Positions 11,730-24,545 of a stretch of DNA of 64,000 nt are shown in pieces. The notes under the pieces were generated by a model. It was given only the letters and a program-made list of their open reading frames with translations, made no database searches and was not told the DNA's origin. This DNA is from Scyliorhinus canicula (lineage: Eukaryota), in assembly GCF_902713615.1 (NCBI RefSeq), contig NC_052158.1, forward strand, positions 39,547,729-39,611,728, given 5' to 3'. The position numbers and the translations under genes were made by a program. How positions within the stretch are numbered: position 1 is the stretch's first letter; each line of letters opens with the position of its first letter.

Positions 11730-13180
11730 GAGAGAGGGGAATGTGGAACTGAGGGGACAGAGTGAGTGTGGGGGGAATCCCCAGTACTGGGAGTACAGGA
11801 CACTGAGAGAGAGAGAGAGGGGAATGTAGAACTGAGGGGACAGAGTGAGTGTGGGGGAATCCCCAGTACTGGGAGTACAGGACACTGAGAGAGAGAGAGA
11901 GGGGAATGTAGAACTGAGGGGACAGAGTGAGTGTGGGGGAATCCCCAGTACTTGGAGTACAGGACACTGAGAGGAGAGAGAGAGAGAGGGGAATGTAGAA
12001 CTGAGGGGACAGAGTGAGTGGGGGGGGATCCCCAGTACTGGGGGTACAGGACACTGAGAGGGGAGAGAGAGAGAGAGAGAAGGGAATGTAGAACTGAGGG
12101 GACAGAGTGAGTATGGGGGGATCCCCAGTACTGGGAGTACAGGATACTGAGAGGGGAGAGAGAGGGGAATGTAGAACTGAGGGGACAGAGTGAGTGTGGG
12201 GGAATCCCCAGTACTGGGAGTACAGGACATTGAGAGAGGAGAGAGAGAGAGAGGGGAATGTAGAACTGAGGGGACAGAGTCAGTGTGGGGGAATCCCAAG
12301 TACTGGGAGTACAGGACACTGAGAGGGGAGAGAGAGAGAGAGGGGAATGTAGAACTGAGGGGACAGAGTCAGTGTGGGGGAATCCCAAGTACTGGGAGTA
12401 CAGGACACTGAGAGGGGAGAGAGAGAGAGGGGAATGTAGAACTGAGGGGACAGAGTGATGTGTGGGGGAATCCCCAGTACTGGGAGTACAGGACACTGAG
12501 AGGGGAGAGAGAGAGAGGGGAATGTAGAACTGAGGGGACAGAGTGAGTGTGGGGGAATCCCCAGTACTGGGAGTACAGGACACTGAGAGGGGAGAGAGAG
12601 GGGAGTGTAGAACTGAGGGGACAGAGTGAGTGTGGGGGAATCCCCAGTACTGGGAGTACAGGGCACTGAGAGGGGAGAGAGAGGGGAATGTAGAACTGAG
12701 GGGACAGAGTGAGTGTGGGGAAATCCCCAGTACTGGGAGTACAGGACACTGAGAGGGGAGAGAGAGAGAGAGGGGAATGTAGAACTGAGGGGACAGAGTG
12801 AGTGTGGGGGAATCCCAGTACTGGGAGTACAGGACATTGAGAGGGGAGAGGGAGGGGAATGTAGAACTGAGGGGACAGAGTGAGTGTGGGGAAATCCCCA
12901 GTACTGGGAGTACAGGACATTGAGAGGGGAGAGGGAGGGGAATGTAGAACTGAGGGGACAGAGCGAGTGTGGGGGAATCCCCAGTACTGGGAGTACAGGA
13001 CACTGAGAGGGGAGAGAGAGAGAGAGAGGGGAATGTAGAACTGAGGGACAGAGTGAGTGGGGGAGAATCCCCAGTACTGGGAGTACAGGACACTGAGAGG
13101 GGAGAGAGAGGGGAATGTAGAACTGAGGGGAGAGAGTGAGTGTGGGGGAATCCCCAGTACTGGGAGTACAGGACACTGTG
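11730..13180. repeat. ~80-90 bp minisatellite (about 17 units) in the post-TM intron, with NF-kB-type motif and variable (GA)n spacer
   Basis: Unit ggggaatgtagaactgaggggacagagtgagtgtgggggaatccccagtactgggagtacaggacactgagag(ga)n. Confidence 0.97.
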
Positions 13181-13496
13181 TTGAATGAACTGATTTAATT
13201 CCCACACACAGATACACGTATAAACACATCTTGTTCCCTGTCTGATCTTCCTTTGTGTGATCAGCCCAGACCAGGTCTAATATTGATCATTAAACCCACC
13301 ACACACACTCACATCCTCACCTACTGAATATGGATGGCATGGAAGAGATCTAATGGATCTCCATAAAGTGTAAGGATGGAGGGGTGTGGGAATGAGTATT
13401 TCTCACACAATCTCCATTCCCTCACACTTGTTGTGTTCTCACTCTCTGATAATGGATTATTCCCCATTCTAACTGACATTTATTTTACTTCTGCAG

Positions 13497-13529
13497 ATTC
13501 ACCGAGTGTGATCTACACAACAGCTCACA
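13497..13529 (+). CDS. MHC class I cytoplasmic exon
   Basis: 33 bp, long pyrimidine tract plus ctgcag|, donor CACA|gtaagt, phase 1/1; encodes DSPSVIYTTAH with a YxxA motif like class I tails. Confidence 0.8.
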
Positions 13530-14182
13530 GTAAGTGACTGAGGGACAGATTGTTGGGAATTAAAGAGACGGGATTGAAAATTGTCGAATTACATTCTCCT
13601 GCGAGTAACTCAGGGCTTAAACAGGGGGCACCTTCAGCCTCCGATCCCTCACCCTTTGATCCCTCACCCTCCATTCTCTCATCATCCACTCTCTGACCCT
13701 TCACTCCCTCACCCCTCACTGCCTCACCCTCTACTCCCAGAGTCAGGGCCATGAAGATTAGAAATAGCAGCCAGAAGGGGCCATATTCCACCCTCAGTAA
13801 CAACCTGACTGAATCTCAACAGCAACAGGGAGATTGGAAACTGTTCTCCTGGGAACAGAGAAGGTTAAGAGGAAATTGAATTGAGGGTTTCTGGGTGATG
13901 ATAGGTTTTTGTAGATGAGATGGAGAAAAATGATTCTTTCTGGTGAGTGATCAATAACTCGCGGTTATAGATTTCCAATCATTGATCCTGAGAGGAGAAG
14001 AGGAGAAAAGTTTTTCACTCTGGGAATGTGGGGATGTGGAATGTTACAGCTGGCAATGTGGTGGAAGCTGATTCCATCAATAATATTAAAAGGGAGTTGA
14101 ACAGATATTGAAGATGAGGAACTCACAGGGATAAAGACAAAAAGTGAGAATCTGGGACAAAGCATGATGAGATCCCAGACCC

Positions 14183-15110
14183 GTGTCATGCTCCTCGTGT
14201 GCGATGTGGGAGCTCAGGGACACGTCCACTGTCCCTGGCTCCTTCACGTGCAAGAAGTGTGTTCAGTTGCAGCTCTTGTTAGACCGCTTGACGGCTCTGG
14301 AGCTGCGGATGGACTCACTTTGGAGCATCCGCGATGCTGAGGAGGTCGTGGATAGCACGTTTAGCGAGTTGGTTACACCGCAGGTGAAGGTTACTGAGGG
14401 AGATAGAAAATGGGTGACCAAAAGAAAGAGCAAGAGTAGGAAGGCAGTGCAGGTGTCCCCTGCGGTCATCTCCCTGCAAAACAGATACACCGCTTTGGAT
14501 ACTGTTGAGGAAGATGGCTCACCAGGGGAAGGCAGCAGCAGCCAGGTTCATGGCACCGTGGCTGGCTCTGCTGCACAGCAGGGCAGGAAGAAAAATGGCA
14601 GGACTATAGTGATAGGGGACTCGATCGTAAGGGGAATAGACAGGCGGTTCTGTGGACGCAATCGAGACTCCAGGATGGTATGTTGCCTCCCTGGTGCAAG
14701 GGTCAAGGATTTCTCGGAGCGGCTGCAGGACATTCTGGGGGGGGGAGGGTGAACAGCCAGCTGTCGTGGTGCACATAGGCACCAACGATATAGGTAAAAA
14801 ACGGGATGAGGTCCTACAAGCGGAATTCAGGGAGTTAGGAGTTAAACTAAAAAGTAGGACCTCAAAGGTAGTAATCTCAGGATTGCTACCAGTGCCACGA
14901 GCGAGTCAGAGTAGGAATGTCAGGATAGATAGGATGAATGCGTGGCTCGAGAGATTGTGCAAGAGGGAGGGATTCAAATTCCTGGGGCATTGGGACCGGT
15001 TCTGGGGGAGGTGGGACCAGTACAAACCGGACGGTCTGCACTTGGGCAGGACTGGAACCGATGTCCTAGGGGGGGTGTTTTCTAGAGCTGTTGGGGAGGG
15101 TTTAAACTAA
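14183..15110 (+). pseudogene. CR1 ORF1: CxxC..CxxC zinc finger plus GDSL/SGNH esterase, frameshifted at a G run near 14727-14738
   Basis: CSSCAMW...CKKC; IVIGDSIVRG; CLPGARVKD; VVHIGTND; DGLHL; split across ORFs 14183-14752 and 14652-15110. Confidence 0.88.
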
Positions 15111-18100
15111 TGTGGCAGGGGGATGGGAACCAATGCTGGAAGTTGGAAGGTAGTAAAACAGGGACAGAAACAAAAGGAAGTAAGGGGAAAAGTGCAAGGC
15201 AGAGAAGACATAGTCAGAAATCCATAAGGGCGACAGTACAAGGTACAGTGACTGAGGGGAGCACAGTGAATAGGCCCAGTAATAACAAAAGGAATAAAAC
15301 TGGAGATGTTAAGATTCAAAACAGAGGTAAAAAAACCAACATAAGTGTACTTTACCTGAATGCTCGTAGTATTCGGAATAAAGTAAATGAGTTGGTGGCA
15401 CAAATCATCGTAAATGACTATGATTTAGTGGCCATTACTGAAACATGGTTAAAGGATGGTCACGACTGGGAGTTAAATATCCGAGGGTATCAAACTATTC
15501 GGAAGGACAGAGTGGATGGTAAGGGAGGTGGTGTTGCTCTGTTATTTAAGGATGACATCCGGGCAATAGTAAGGGATGACATCGGTGCTATGGAGGATAA
15601 GGTTGAATCCATTTGGGTGGAAATCAGGAATAGTAAGACGAAAAAGTCACTGATAGGAGTAGTCTATCGGCCACCAAATAGTAACGTTATGGTGGGGCAG
15701 GCAATAAACAAAGAAATAACTGATGCATGTAGAAATGGTACAGCAGTTATCATGGGGGATTTTAATCTACATGTCGATTGGTTTAACCAGGTCGGTCAAG
15801 GCAACCGTGAGGAGGAGTTTATAGAATGTATCCGCGATAGTTTCTTAGAACAGTATGTAATGGAACCTACGAGGGAACAAGCGGTCCTAGATCTTGTCCT
15901 GTGTAATGAGACAGGATTGATTCATGATCTCATAGTTAGGGATCCTCTCGGAAGGAGCGATCACAATATGGTGGAATTTAAAATACAGATGGAGGGTGAG
16001 AAAGTAAAATCAAATACTAGTGTTTTGTGTTTAAACAAAGGAGATTACAAGGGGATGAGAGAAGAACTAGCTAAGGTAGACTGGGAGCTAAGACTTTATG
16101 GTGGAACAGTTGAGGAACAGTGGAGAACCTTCCAAGCGATTTTTCACAGTGCTCAGCAAAGGTTTATACCAACAAAAAGGAAGGACGGAAGAAAGAGGGA
16201 AAATCGACCGTGGATATCTAAGGAAATAAGGGAGAGTATCAAATTGAAGGAAAAATCATATAAAGTGGCAAAGATTGCTGGGAGATTAGAGGACTGGGAA
16301 ATCTTTAGGGGGCAACAGAAAGCTACTAAAAAAGCTATAAAGAAGAGTAAGATAGAGTATGAGAGTAAACTTGCTCAGAATATAAAAACAGACAGTAAAA
16401 GTTTTTACAAATATATAAGACAAAAAAGAGTGGCTAAGGTAAATATTGGTCCTTTAGAGGATGAGAAGGGAGTTTTAATAATGGGAAATGAGGAAATGGC
16501 TGAGGAACTGAACAGGTTTTTTGGGTCGGTCTTCACAGTGGAAGACACAAATAACATGCCAGCGACTGATAGAAATGAGGCTATGACAGGTGAGGACCTT
16601 GAGAGGATTGTTATCACTAAGGAGGGAGTGATGGGCAAGCTAATGGGGCTAAAGGTAGACAAGTCTCCTGGCCCTGATGGAATGCATCCCAGAGTGCTAA
16701 AAGAGATGGCTAGGGAAATTGCAGATGCACTAGTGATAATTTACCGAAATTCACTAGACTCTGGGGTGGTCCCGGTGGATTGGAAATTAGCAAACGTGAC
16801 GCCACGTTTGCTAATTTCCAAAAAAGGAGGTAGGCAGAAAGCAGGAAATTATAGGCCAGTGAGTTTAACTTCGGTAATAGGGAAGATGCTGGAATCTATC
16901 ATCAAGGAAGAAATTGCGAGGCATCTGGATAGAAATTGTCCCATTGGGCAGACGCAGCATGGGTTCGTAAAAGGCAGGTCGTGCCTAACTAATTTAGTGG
17001 AATTTTTTGAGGACATTACCAGTGCAGTAGATAACGGGGAGCCGATGGATATGGTATATCTGGATTTCCAGAAAGCCTTTGACAAGGTGCCACACAAAAG
17101 GTTGCTGCATAAGATAAAGATGCATGGCATTAAGGGTAAAGTAGTAGCATGGATAGAGGATTGGTTAATTAATAGAAAGCAAAGAGTTGGGATAAATGGG
17201 TGTTTCTCTGGTTGGCAATCAGTAGCTAGTGGTGTCCCTCAGGGATCCGTGTTGGGCCCACAATTGTTCACAATTTACATTGATGATTTGGAGTTGGGGA
17301 CCAAGGGCAATGTGTCCAAGTTTGCAGATGACACTAAGATGAGTGGTAAAGCGAAAAGTGCAGAGGATACTGGAAGTCTGCAGAGGGATTTGGATAGGTT
17401 AAGTGAATGGGCTCGGGTCTGGCAGATGGAATACAATGTTGACAAATGTGAGGTTATCCATTTTGGTAGGAATAACAGCAAACGGGATTATTATTTAAAC
17501 GATAAAATATTAAAGCATGCCGCTGTTCAGAGAGACTTGGGTGTGCTAGTGCATGAGTCACAGAAGGTTGGTTTACAAGTGCAACAGGTGATTAAGAAGG
17601 CAAATGGAATTTGTCCTTCATTGCTAGAGGGATGGAGTTTAAGACTAGGGAGGTTATGTTGCAATTGTATAAGGTGTTAGTGCGGCCACACCTGGAGTAT
17701 TGTGTTTAGTTTTGGTCTCCTTACTTGAGAAAGGACATACTGGCGCTGGAGGGTGTGCAGAGGAGATTCACTAGGTTAATCCCAGAGCTGAAGGGGTTGG
17801 ATTATGAGGAGAGGTTGAGTAGACTGGGACTGTACTCGTTGGAATTTAGAAGGATGAGGGGGGATCTTATAGAAACATTTAAAATTATGAAGGGAATAGA
17901 TAGGATAGATGCGGGCAGGTTGTTTCCACTGGCGGGTGACAGCAGAACCAGGGGGCATAGCCTCAAAATAAGGGGAAGTAGATTTAGAACTGAGTTTAGG
18001 AGGAACTTCTTCACCCAAAGGGTTGTGAATCTATGGAATTCCTTGCCCAGTGAAGCAGTTGAGGCTTCTTCATTACATGTTTTTAAGGTAAAGATAGATA

Positions 18101-18159
18101 GTTTTTTGAAGAATAAAGGGATTAAGGGTTATGGTGTTCGGGCCGGAAAGTGGAGCTGA
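15110..18159 (+). pseudogene. CR1 ORF2 endonuclease-reverse transcriptase, disrupted near 17610 (frameshift) and 17707 (TAG)
   Basis: YLNARSIRNK, ITETW, MGDFN, SDH (APE); KSPGPDG, NYRPVSLTS, QHGF, YLDFQKAFDKV, GVPQGSVLGP, FADD (RT); the frame resumes at RKDILALEGVQRRFTR. Confidence 0.93.
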
Positions 18160-18859
18160 GTCCACAAAAGATCAGCCATGATCTAATTGAATGGCGGAGC
18201 AGGCTCGAGGTGCCAGATGGCCTACTCCTGCTCCTAGTTCTTATGTTCTTATGTTCTTATGTTCTCTCAAAGGGGCAGCACAGCTAGATGGGCAGAATGG
18301 TTTCCTTCAGTGATTTTCAGGGATTTTGCTTCAACTCGATTCCAATTCTTCTTTACTACATCATTCCCAGTTTCCTTGCTGCCCCTCAGTGCTCCAGAAT
18401 CGCTGGATCCCAGTGCGGACCGTTCTCACTGCCTGATCATCCAGAATCAGTTGGAGAAACAGTTCCAAAGATTCACAAATATCAGAGAGAAGACATTTCT
18501 CATCATCTTAGCTCTCTCCCTCAGCCTCTACTCTCTCCACCTTCACTCCATCTCCATAACCCTCCACTCACTCACCCTCTACCCTCTCACTGTCCACTCC
18601 AACACCCAGCACTCCCTCATCCTCTACTTCCTCACTCTCCATTCCCACACCCTCCACTGCTTCCTCTTCGACTCTTTCCCTCACTTTTCCTCGCCCTTGA
18701 CTCCCTTGCCCTCCACTCCCTCACCCTCCACTCTCTTACTATCCACTCCATCATCCACCACTTCCTCACCCTCCATTCCTTCAACGTCCATTCCCTTGCC
18801 TCCACTCTCTAACCCTCCACTCCACCCCAAATTCCCTCAGCCACCCCTCCCTCACCATC

Positions 18860-21640
18860 CAGGTCCTTCGCACTTCACTCTCTCACCCTCCACTCCCTCA
18901 CACTGCACTCTCTCACCCTCCACTCCCTCACACTGCACTCTCTCACCCTCCACTCCCTCACAGTGCACTCTCTCACCCTCCACTCCCTCACAGTGCACTC
19001 TCTCACCCTCCACTCCCTCACAGTGCACTCTCTCACCCTCCACTCCCTCACAGTGCACTCGCTCACCCTCCACTCTCTCACAGTGCACTCTCTCACCCTC
19101 CACTCCCTCACAATGCACTCGCTCTCACTCCAATCCCTCACACTGCACTCTCTCACAGTGTACTCTCACACTGCACTCACTCACCCTCCACTCCCTCACA
19201 GTGCACTCTCTCACCCTCCACTCCCTCACAGTGCACTCGCTCACCCTCCACTCCCTCACAGTGTACTCTCACCCCCCACTCCCTCACACTGCACACTCTC
19301 ACCCTCCACTCCGCACACTGCACACTCTCACCCTCCACTCCGCACACTCTCACCCTCCACTCCCTCACACTGCACTCTCCCACCCTCCACTCCCTCACAC
19401 TGCCTCTCTCACCCTCCACTCCCACACACTGCACTCGCTCACCCTCCACTCCCTCACAGTGTACTCTCTCACCCTCCACTCCCTCACACTGCACTCTCTC
19501 ACCCTCCACTCCGCACACTGCACTCTCTCACCCTCCACTCCCTCACAGTGCACTCTCTCACCCTCCACTCCGCACACTGCACTCTCTCACCCTCCACTCT
19601 CTCACACTCCACTCCCTCACAGTGCACTCTCTCACCCTCCACTCCGCACACTGCACTCTCTCACCCTCCACTCCCTCACAGTGCACTCTCTCACCCTCCA
19701 CTCCCTCATACTGCACTCTCTCACCCTCCACTCCTTCACAGTGCACTCTCTCACCCTCCACTCCCTCACAGTGCACTCTCTCACCCTCCACTCCCTCACA
19801 GTGCACTCTCTCACCCTCCACTCCCTCATACTGCACTCTCTCACCCTCCACTCCCTCACAGTGTACTCTCTCACCCTCCACTCCCTCACAGTGCACTTTC
19901 TCACCCTCCACTCCCTCACACTGCACTCACTCCCCGTCCACTCCCTCACACTGCACTCTCTCACCCTCCACTCCCTCACACTGCACTCTCTCACCCTCCA
20001 CTCCCTCATACTGCACTCTCCCACCCTCCACTCTCTCACCCTGCACTCCCTCACACTGCACTCTCTCACCCTCCACTCTCTCACCCTCCACTCCCTCACA
20101 CTGCACTCACTCCCCGTCCACTCCCTCACACTGCACTCTCTCACCCTCCACTCCCTCACACTGCACTCTCTCACCCTCCAATCCCTCATACTGCACTCTC
20201 TCACCCTCCACTCCCTCACACTGCACTCTCTCACCCTCCACTCCCTCACACTGCACTTTCTCACCCTCCACTCCCTCACACTGCACTCTCTGACACTCCA
20301 CTCCCTCACACTCCACTCCCTCACAAAGCACTCTCTCACCCTCCACTCCCTCACAAAGCACTCTCTCACCCTCCACTCCCTCACACTGCACTTTCTCACC
20401 CTCCACTCGCTCACCCTCCACTCCCTCACACTGCACTCTCTGACACTCCACTCCCTCGCAGTGCAATCTCTCACCCTCCAGTCGGTCACCCTCCACTCCC
20501 TCACAGTCCACTCTCTCACCCTCCACTCCCTCACACTGCACTCTCTCACCCTCCACTCCCTCACACTGCACTCTCTCACCCTCCACTCCCTCACACTGCA
20601 CTCTCTCACCCTCCACTCCCTCACAGTGCACTCTCTCACCCTCCACTCCCTCACACTGCACTCTCTCACCCTCCACTCCCTCACACTGCACTCTCTCACC
20701 CTCCACTCCCTCACACTGCACTCACTCATCCTCCACTCCGTCGCACTGCACTCTCTCACCCTCCACTCCCTCACAGTGCACTCTCTCACAATCTACTCCC
20801 TCACACTGCACTCTCTCACCCTCCACTCCCTCACACTGCACTCTCTCACCCTCCACTCCCTCACAGTGCACTCTCTCACAATCTACTCCCTCACACTGCA
20901 CTCTCTCACCCTCCACTCCCTCACACTGCACTCTCCCACCCTCCAGCCCTCCCAGTGCACTCGCTCACCCTCCACTCCCACAGTGCACTCTCTCACCCTC
21001 CACTCCCTCACAGTGCACTCTCTCACCCTCCACACCCTCACTGCACTCTCTCACCCTCCACTCCCTCACCCTCCACTCGCTCACCCTCCACTCCCTCACA
21101 GTGCACTCTCTCACCCTCCACTCTCTCACACTGCACTCGCTCACCCTCCACTCCCTCACACTGCACTCGCTCACCCTCCACTTCCCCACCCTCCACTCCC
21201 TCACAGTGTACTCTCTCACCCTCCACTCTCTCAGTGCACTCGCTCACCCTCCACTCCCTCACACTGCATTTTCTCACCCTCCACTCCCTCACACTGCACT
21301 CTCTCACCCTCCACTCCCTCACACTGCACTCGCTCACCCTCCACTCCCTCACAATGCACTCGCTCACCCTTCACTCACTCACCCTCCACTCCATCACACT
21401 GCACTCACTCACCCTCCACTCTCTCCCATGCACTCTCTCACCCTCCACTCCCTCACCCTCCACTCCCTCACACTGCACTCGCTCACCCTCCACTCCCTCA
21501 GTGCACTCGCTCGCCCTCCACTCCCTCACACTGCACTATCTCACCCTCCACTCCCTCATACTGCACTCGCTCATCCTCCACTCCCTCACACTGCACTCTC
21601 TCACCCTCCACTCCCTCACAGTGCACTCACTCACCCTCCA
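18860..21640. repeat. 30-bp pyrimidine-rich minisatellite
   Basis: Unit ctccactccctcacactgcactctctcacc; the long ORFs are repeat translations (HSLTL, SHPPLPHTAL). Confidence 0.97.
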
Positions 21641-21665
21641 TTCTGTCTCTGTTCATATTTACCAG

Positions 21666-21694
21666 GTGTGAGTCCGTTTAATAGTTTATACTGA
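21666..21694 (+). CDS. Candidate terminal coding exon of the class I gene (SVSPFNSLY*)
   Basis: Acceptor tctgttcatatttaccag| is phase-1 compatible with the 13529 donor; alternative acceptors at about 23215 and 23974 also fit, so the end is unresolved. Confidence 0.35.
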
Positions 21695-21844
21695 TGAAAT
21701 CCTGAGTCCAGGATAGAAAATCTCATTTCCTTGATTTTACATTTTATTCCATTTTTGTTATTATTTTCTCAGCATCTGATGTCCCTGTTCCGGAAGCTTC
21801 TTAATTCAGTAAGTGAAATTTTAATTCATCTCCCATTTACATCA

Positions 21845-22981
21845 CTCCCTTCTAACTCTGTCTCACTCTCCCAGACACTGTTAAAACCTGTCAGACTAAT
21901 TTCACTCCCTCCTGACCCTGTCTCACCCTCCCAGACACTGTTAAACCTGTCAGACTAATTTCACTCCCTCCTGGCCCTGTCTGACCCTCCCAGACACTGT
22001 TAAACCTATCAGACTAATTTCACTCCCTCCTGACCCTGTCTCACTCTCCCAGACACTGTTAAACCTGTCAGACTAATTTCACTCCCTCCTGACCCTGTCT
22101 CACTCTCCCAGACACTGTTAAACCTGTCAGACTAATTTCACTCCCTCCTGACCCTGTCTCACTCTCCGAGACACTGTTAAACCTGTCAGACTAATTTCAC
22201 TCCCTCCTGACCCTGTCTCACCCCCCCAGACACTGTTAAACCTGTCAGACTAATTTCACTCCCTCCTGACACTGTCCCACTCTCCCAGACACTGTTAAAC
22301 CTGTCAGACTAATTTCACTCCCTCCTGACCCTGTCTCACCCTCCCAGACACTGTTAAACCTGTCAGACTAATTTCACTCCCTCCTGACCCTGTCTCACCC
22401 TCCCAGACACTGTTAAACCTGTCAGACTAATTTCACTCCCTCCTGACCCTGTCTCACTCTCCCAGACACTGTTAAACCTGTCAGACTAATTTCACTCCCT
22501 CCTGACCCTGTCTCACTCTCCCAGACACTGTTAAACCTGTCAGACTAATTTCTCTCCCTCCTGACCCTGTCTCACTCTCCCAGACACTGTTAAAACCTGT
22601 CAGACTAATTTCACTCCCTCCTGACCCTGTCTCCCCTCCCAGACACTGTTAAACCTGTCAGACTAATTTCACTCCCTCCTGACCCTGTCTCACCCTCCCA
22701 GACACTGTTAAACCTGTCAGACTAATTTCACTCCCTCATGACCCTGTCTCACTCTCCCAGACACTGTTAAACCTGTCAGACTAATTTCACTCCCTCCTGA
22801 CCCTGTCTCACCCTCCCAGACACTGTTAAACCTGTCAGACTAATTTCACTCCCTCCTGACCCTGTCTCACTCTCCCAGACATTGTTAAACCTGTCAGACT
22901 AATTTCACTCCCTCCTGACCCTGTCTCACCCTCCCAGACACTGTTAATCCTGTCAGACTAATTTCACTCCCTCCTGACCCT
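21845..22981. repeat. 59-bp tandem repeat, about 19 copies, highly homogeneous
   Basis: Unit ccctcctgaccctgtctcactctcccagacactgttaaacctgtcagactaatttcact; 1-base shift per 60-bp line gives period 59. Confidence 0.97.
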
Positions 22982-24339
22982 GAACCGATTGTCTTGTTTC
23001 TCTCCATTCCTTACCTCGTGGGTTTACTGGGCTCCACTGCAGGACATTCCCGGAGCCTCATTGATGAATAACGGGATTGGCCTGTTCTAGTGTAAACCTG
23101 GACATCATTGTCCATCCTTCCATGTCACAGCAGACACACAGAATTACAGCTCATTGTTTACACTTAGTTACTTGATGATTGAAATCGATTTTTCCTGGGA
23201 ATGTGTTTCCACAGATTGAACAGTTTATCCCGGATCAATCAGATGGGACTGTGATTCATCAATTGAGACTTTTTGAATTCTGATTTATATCCAGCATCAG
23301 CAATGTGACGCCTCTCACAGTCGAAGAGATCTTCAGGGATAATTTTGCCCTTTGCCTTACTTATCATCAACATCTTGTTCGGGTCGAGTGATTAACCTGA
23401 ACTGTGTAATTGTAGTGAGGAAATTCAGATGGTCAAATTATATATTGAGAGCAATCAGTCTATTTCGCACTTGAAGCACAAATCTGTCATTCATGATTAA
23501 TGAGGCAATTCCTTGATTAATAAGGGTCAGGAGTTATGGGGAGAAGGCAGGATAATGGGGACGAGAAACATATCAGCCACGATCGAATGGCAGAGCAGCA
23601 GCGATGGGCCAAATGGCCTAATTCTACTCCAATGTCTGATGGTCTGATGTGATGTTATATTTACAATGTTTAATAATGTATCATTGTAAATTTTGGAACT
23701 AAAATATATTAATGTGACAAAGTCAATTATTATTTAGATCCTCAATGTTTCACGACAATTTTGGTTTCTTGTCAATAAATAATTGTCAGTGTTTGAACTG
23801 ACTGAATTCTTCTTTCCTGATTTCACAAGAAAGGTTTAATTCATTCACTCAGCAGCTTGTGATTCTTGGAATGGGCACTTGTTGAGGTTCAATTCAATGG
23901 GAACTGGCTGAGTTCATCCCAAATGTCAGCATCATTCACTGCTCCCCATCAGCATTGATTCACTTATTTACAGAAAAGAAGATGACAGGGAGAGACAGAG
24001 GAGAGGAAGACGCCTCATAACGTTAGTGAATCAAACTCCAACACATTTCCCAATGAGGTGAGGGTGAAGTGTGACCAGCTTCTCAGTAATGAGAAGTGTA
24101 GAGAACCTCAGAAAGTTAGTGTCTTGGTGAGGAAGGAGGTCACAGAGACTGTGAGTGTGAACAGCTCTATGTACAAACATATGACCAAGGAACAGGAGTA
24201 GGCCAATCGGCCCCTCGAGCCTGTTCCATTTTCAATAAGATCATGGCTGATCTGATTTAAACCTCAACCCCACATTCCTGCCGACCCCGAATTTCTTCTA
24301 CCCCCTTGTTGATCAAGAATCTTTGTTTAAAATTTAGAA

Positions 24340-24545
24340 CACCCAATTCTTTTTTCCAATTTAGAGCAATTTAGTGTGGAAACTCCACCTACCCTACACA
24401 TCTTTTTGGGTTGTGGGGGTGAGACCCACACAGTTACAGGGAGAATGTGCAAACTCCATACGGACATTGACCCGGGGCCAGGATCAAACCTGCACCCTCG
24501 GTGCCGTGAGGCAGCAGTGTTAACCACTGTGCTATCATGCCGCCC
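24340..24545 (-). mobile_element. tRNA-derived SINE, partial
   Basis: Reverse complement has a SINE head (gcatgatagcacagtggttaacactgctgcctcac...ggtttgatcc) and the tgcacattctccctgt core. Confidence 0.75.

Larger units (their letters stand above)
14175..18265 (+). mobile_element. Near full-length CR1 LINE in a class I intron
   Basis: ORF1 (Zn-finger plus SGNH esterase), ORF2 (APE plus RT), 3' (TTCTTATG)n tail at about 18237-18265. Confidence 0.96.

Noticed and set aside
11696-13229. Long - strand ORFs (503 aa etc.) and + strand ORFs at 27409-28532
   Set aside because: Translations of the post-TM minisatellite
18259-21694. 1140-aa, 902-aa and other long ORFs
   Set aside because: Translations of the 30-bp minisatellite (period divisible by 3, stop-poor composition); no domain content or splice support
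21845-22981. Regular repeat that could be mistaken for a CRISPR array
   Set aside because: Head-to-tail units with no unique spacers, in a vertebrate context
23215-24020. Alternative terminal exons (N* at about 23215; KKKMTGRDRGEEDAS* at 23974-24020) and AATAAA near 23775
   Set aside because: Plausible acceptors, but not distinguishable from 21666 without transcript data; not called as features
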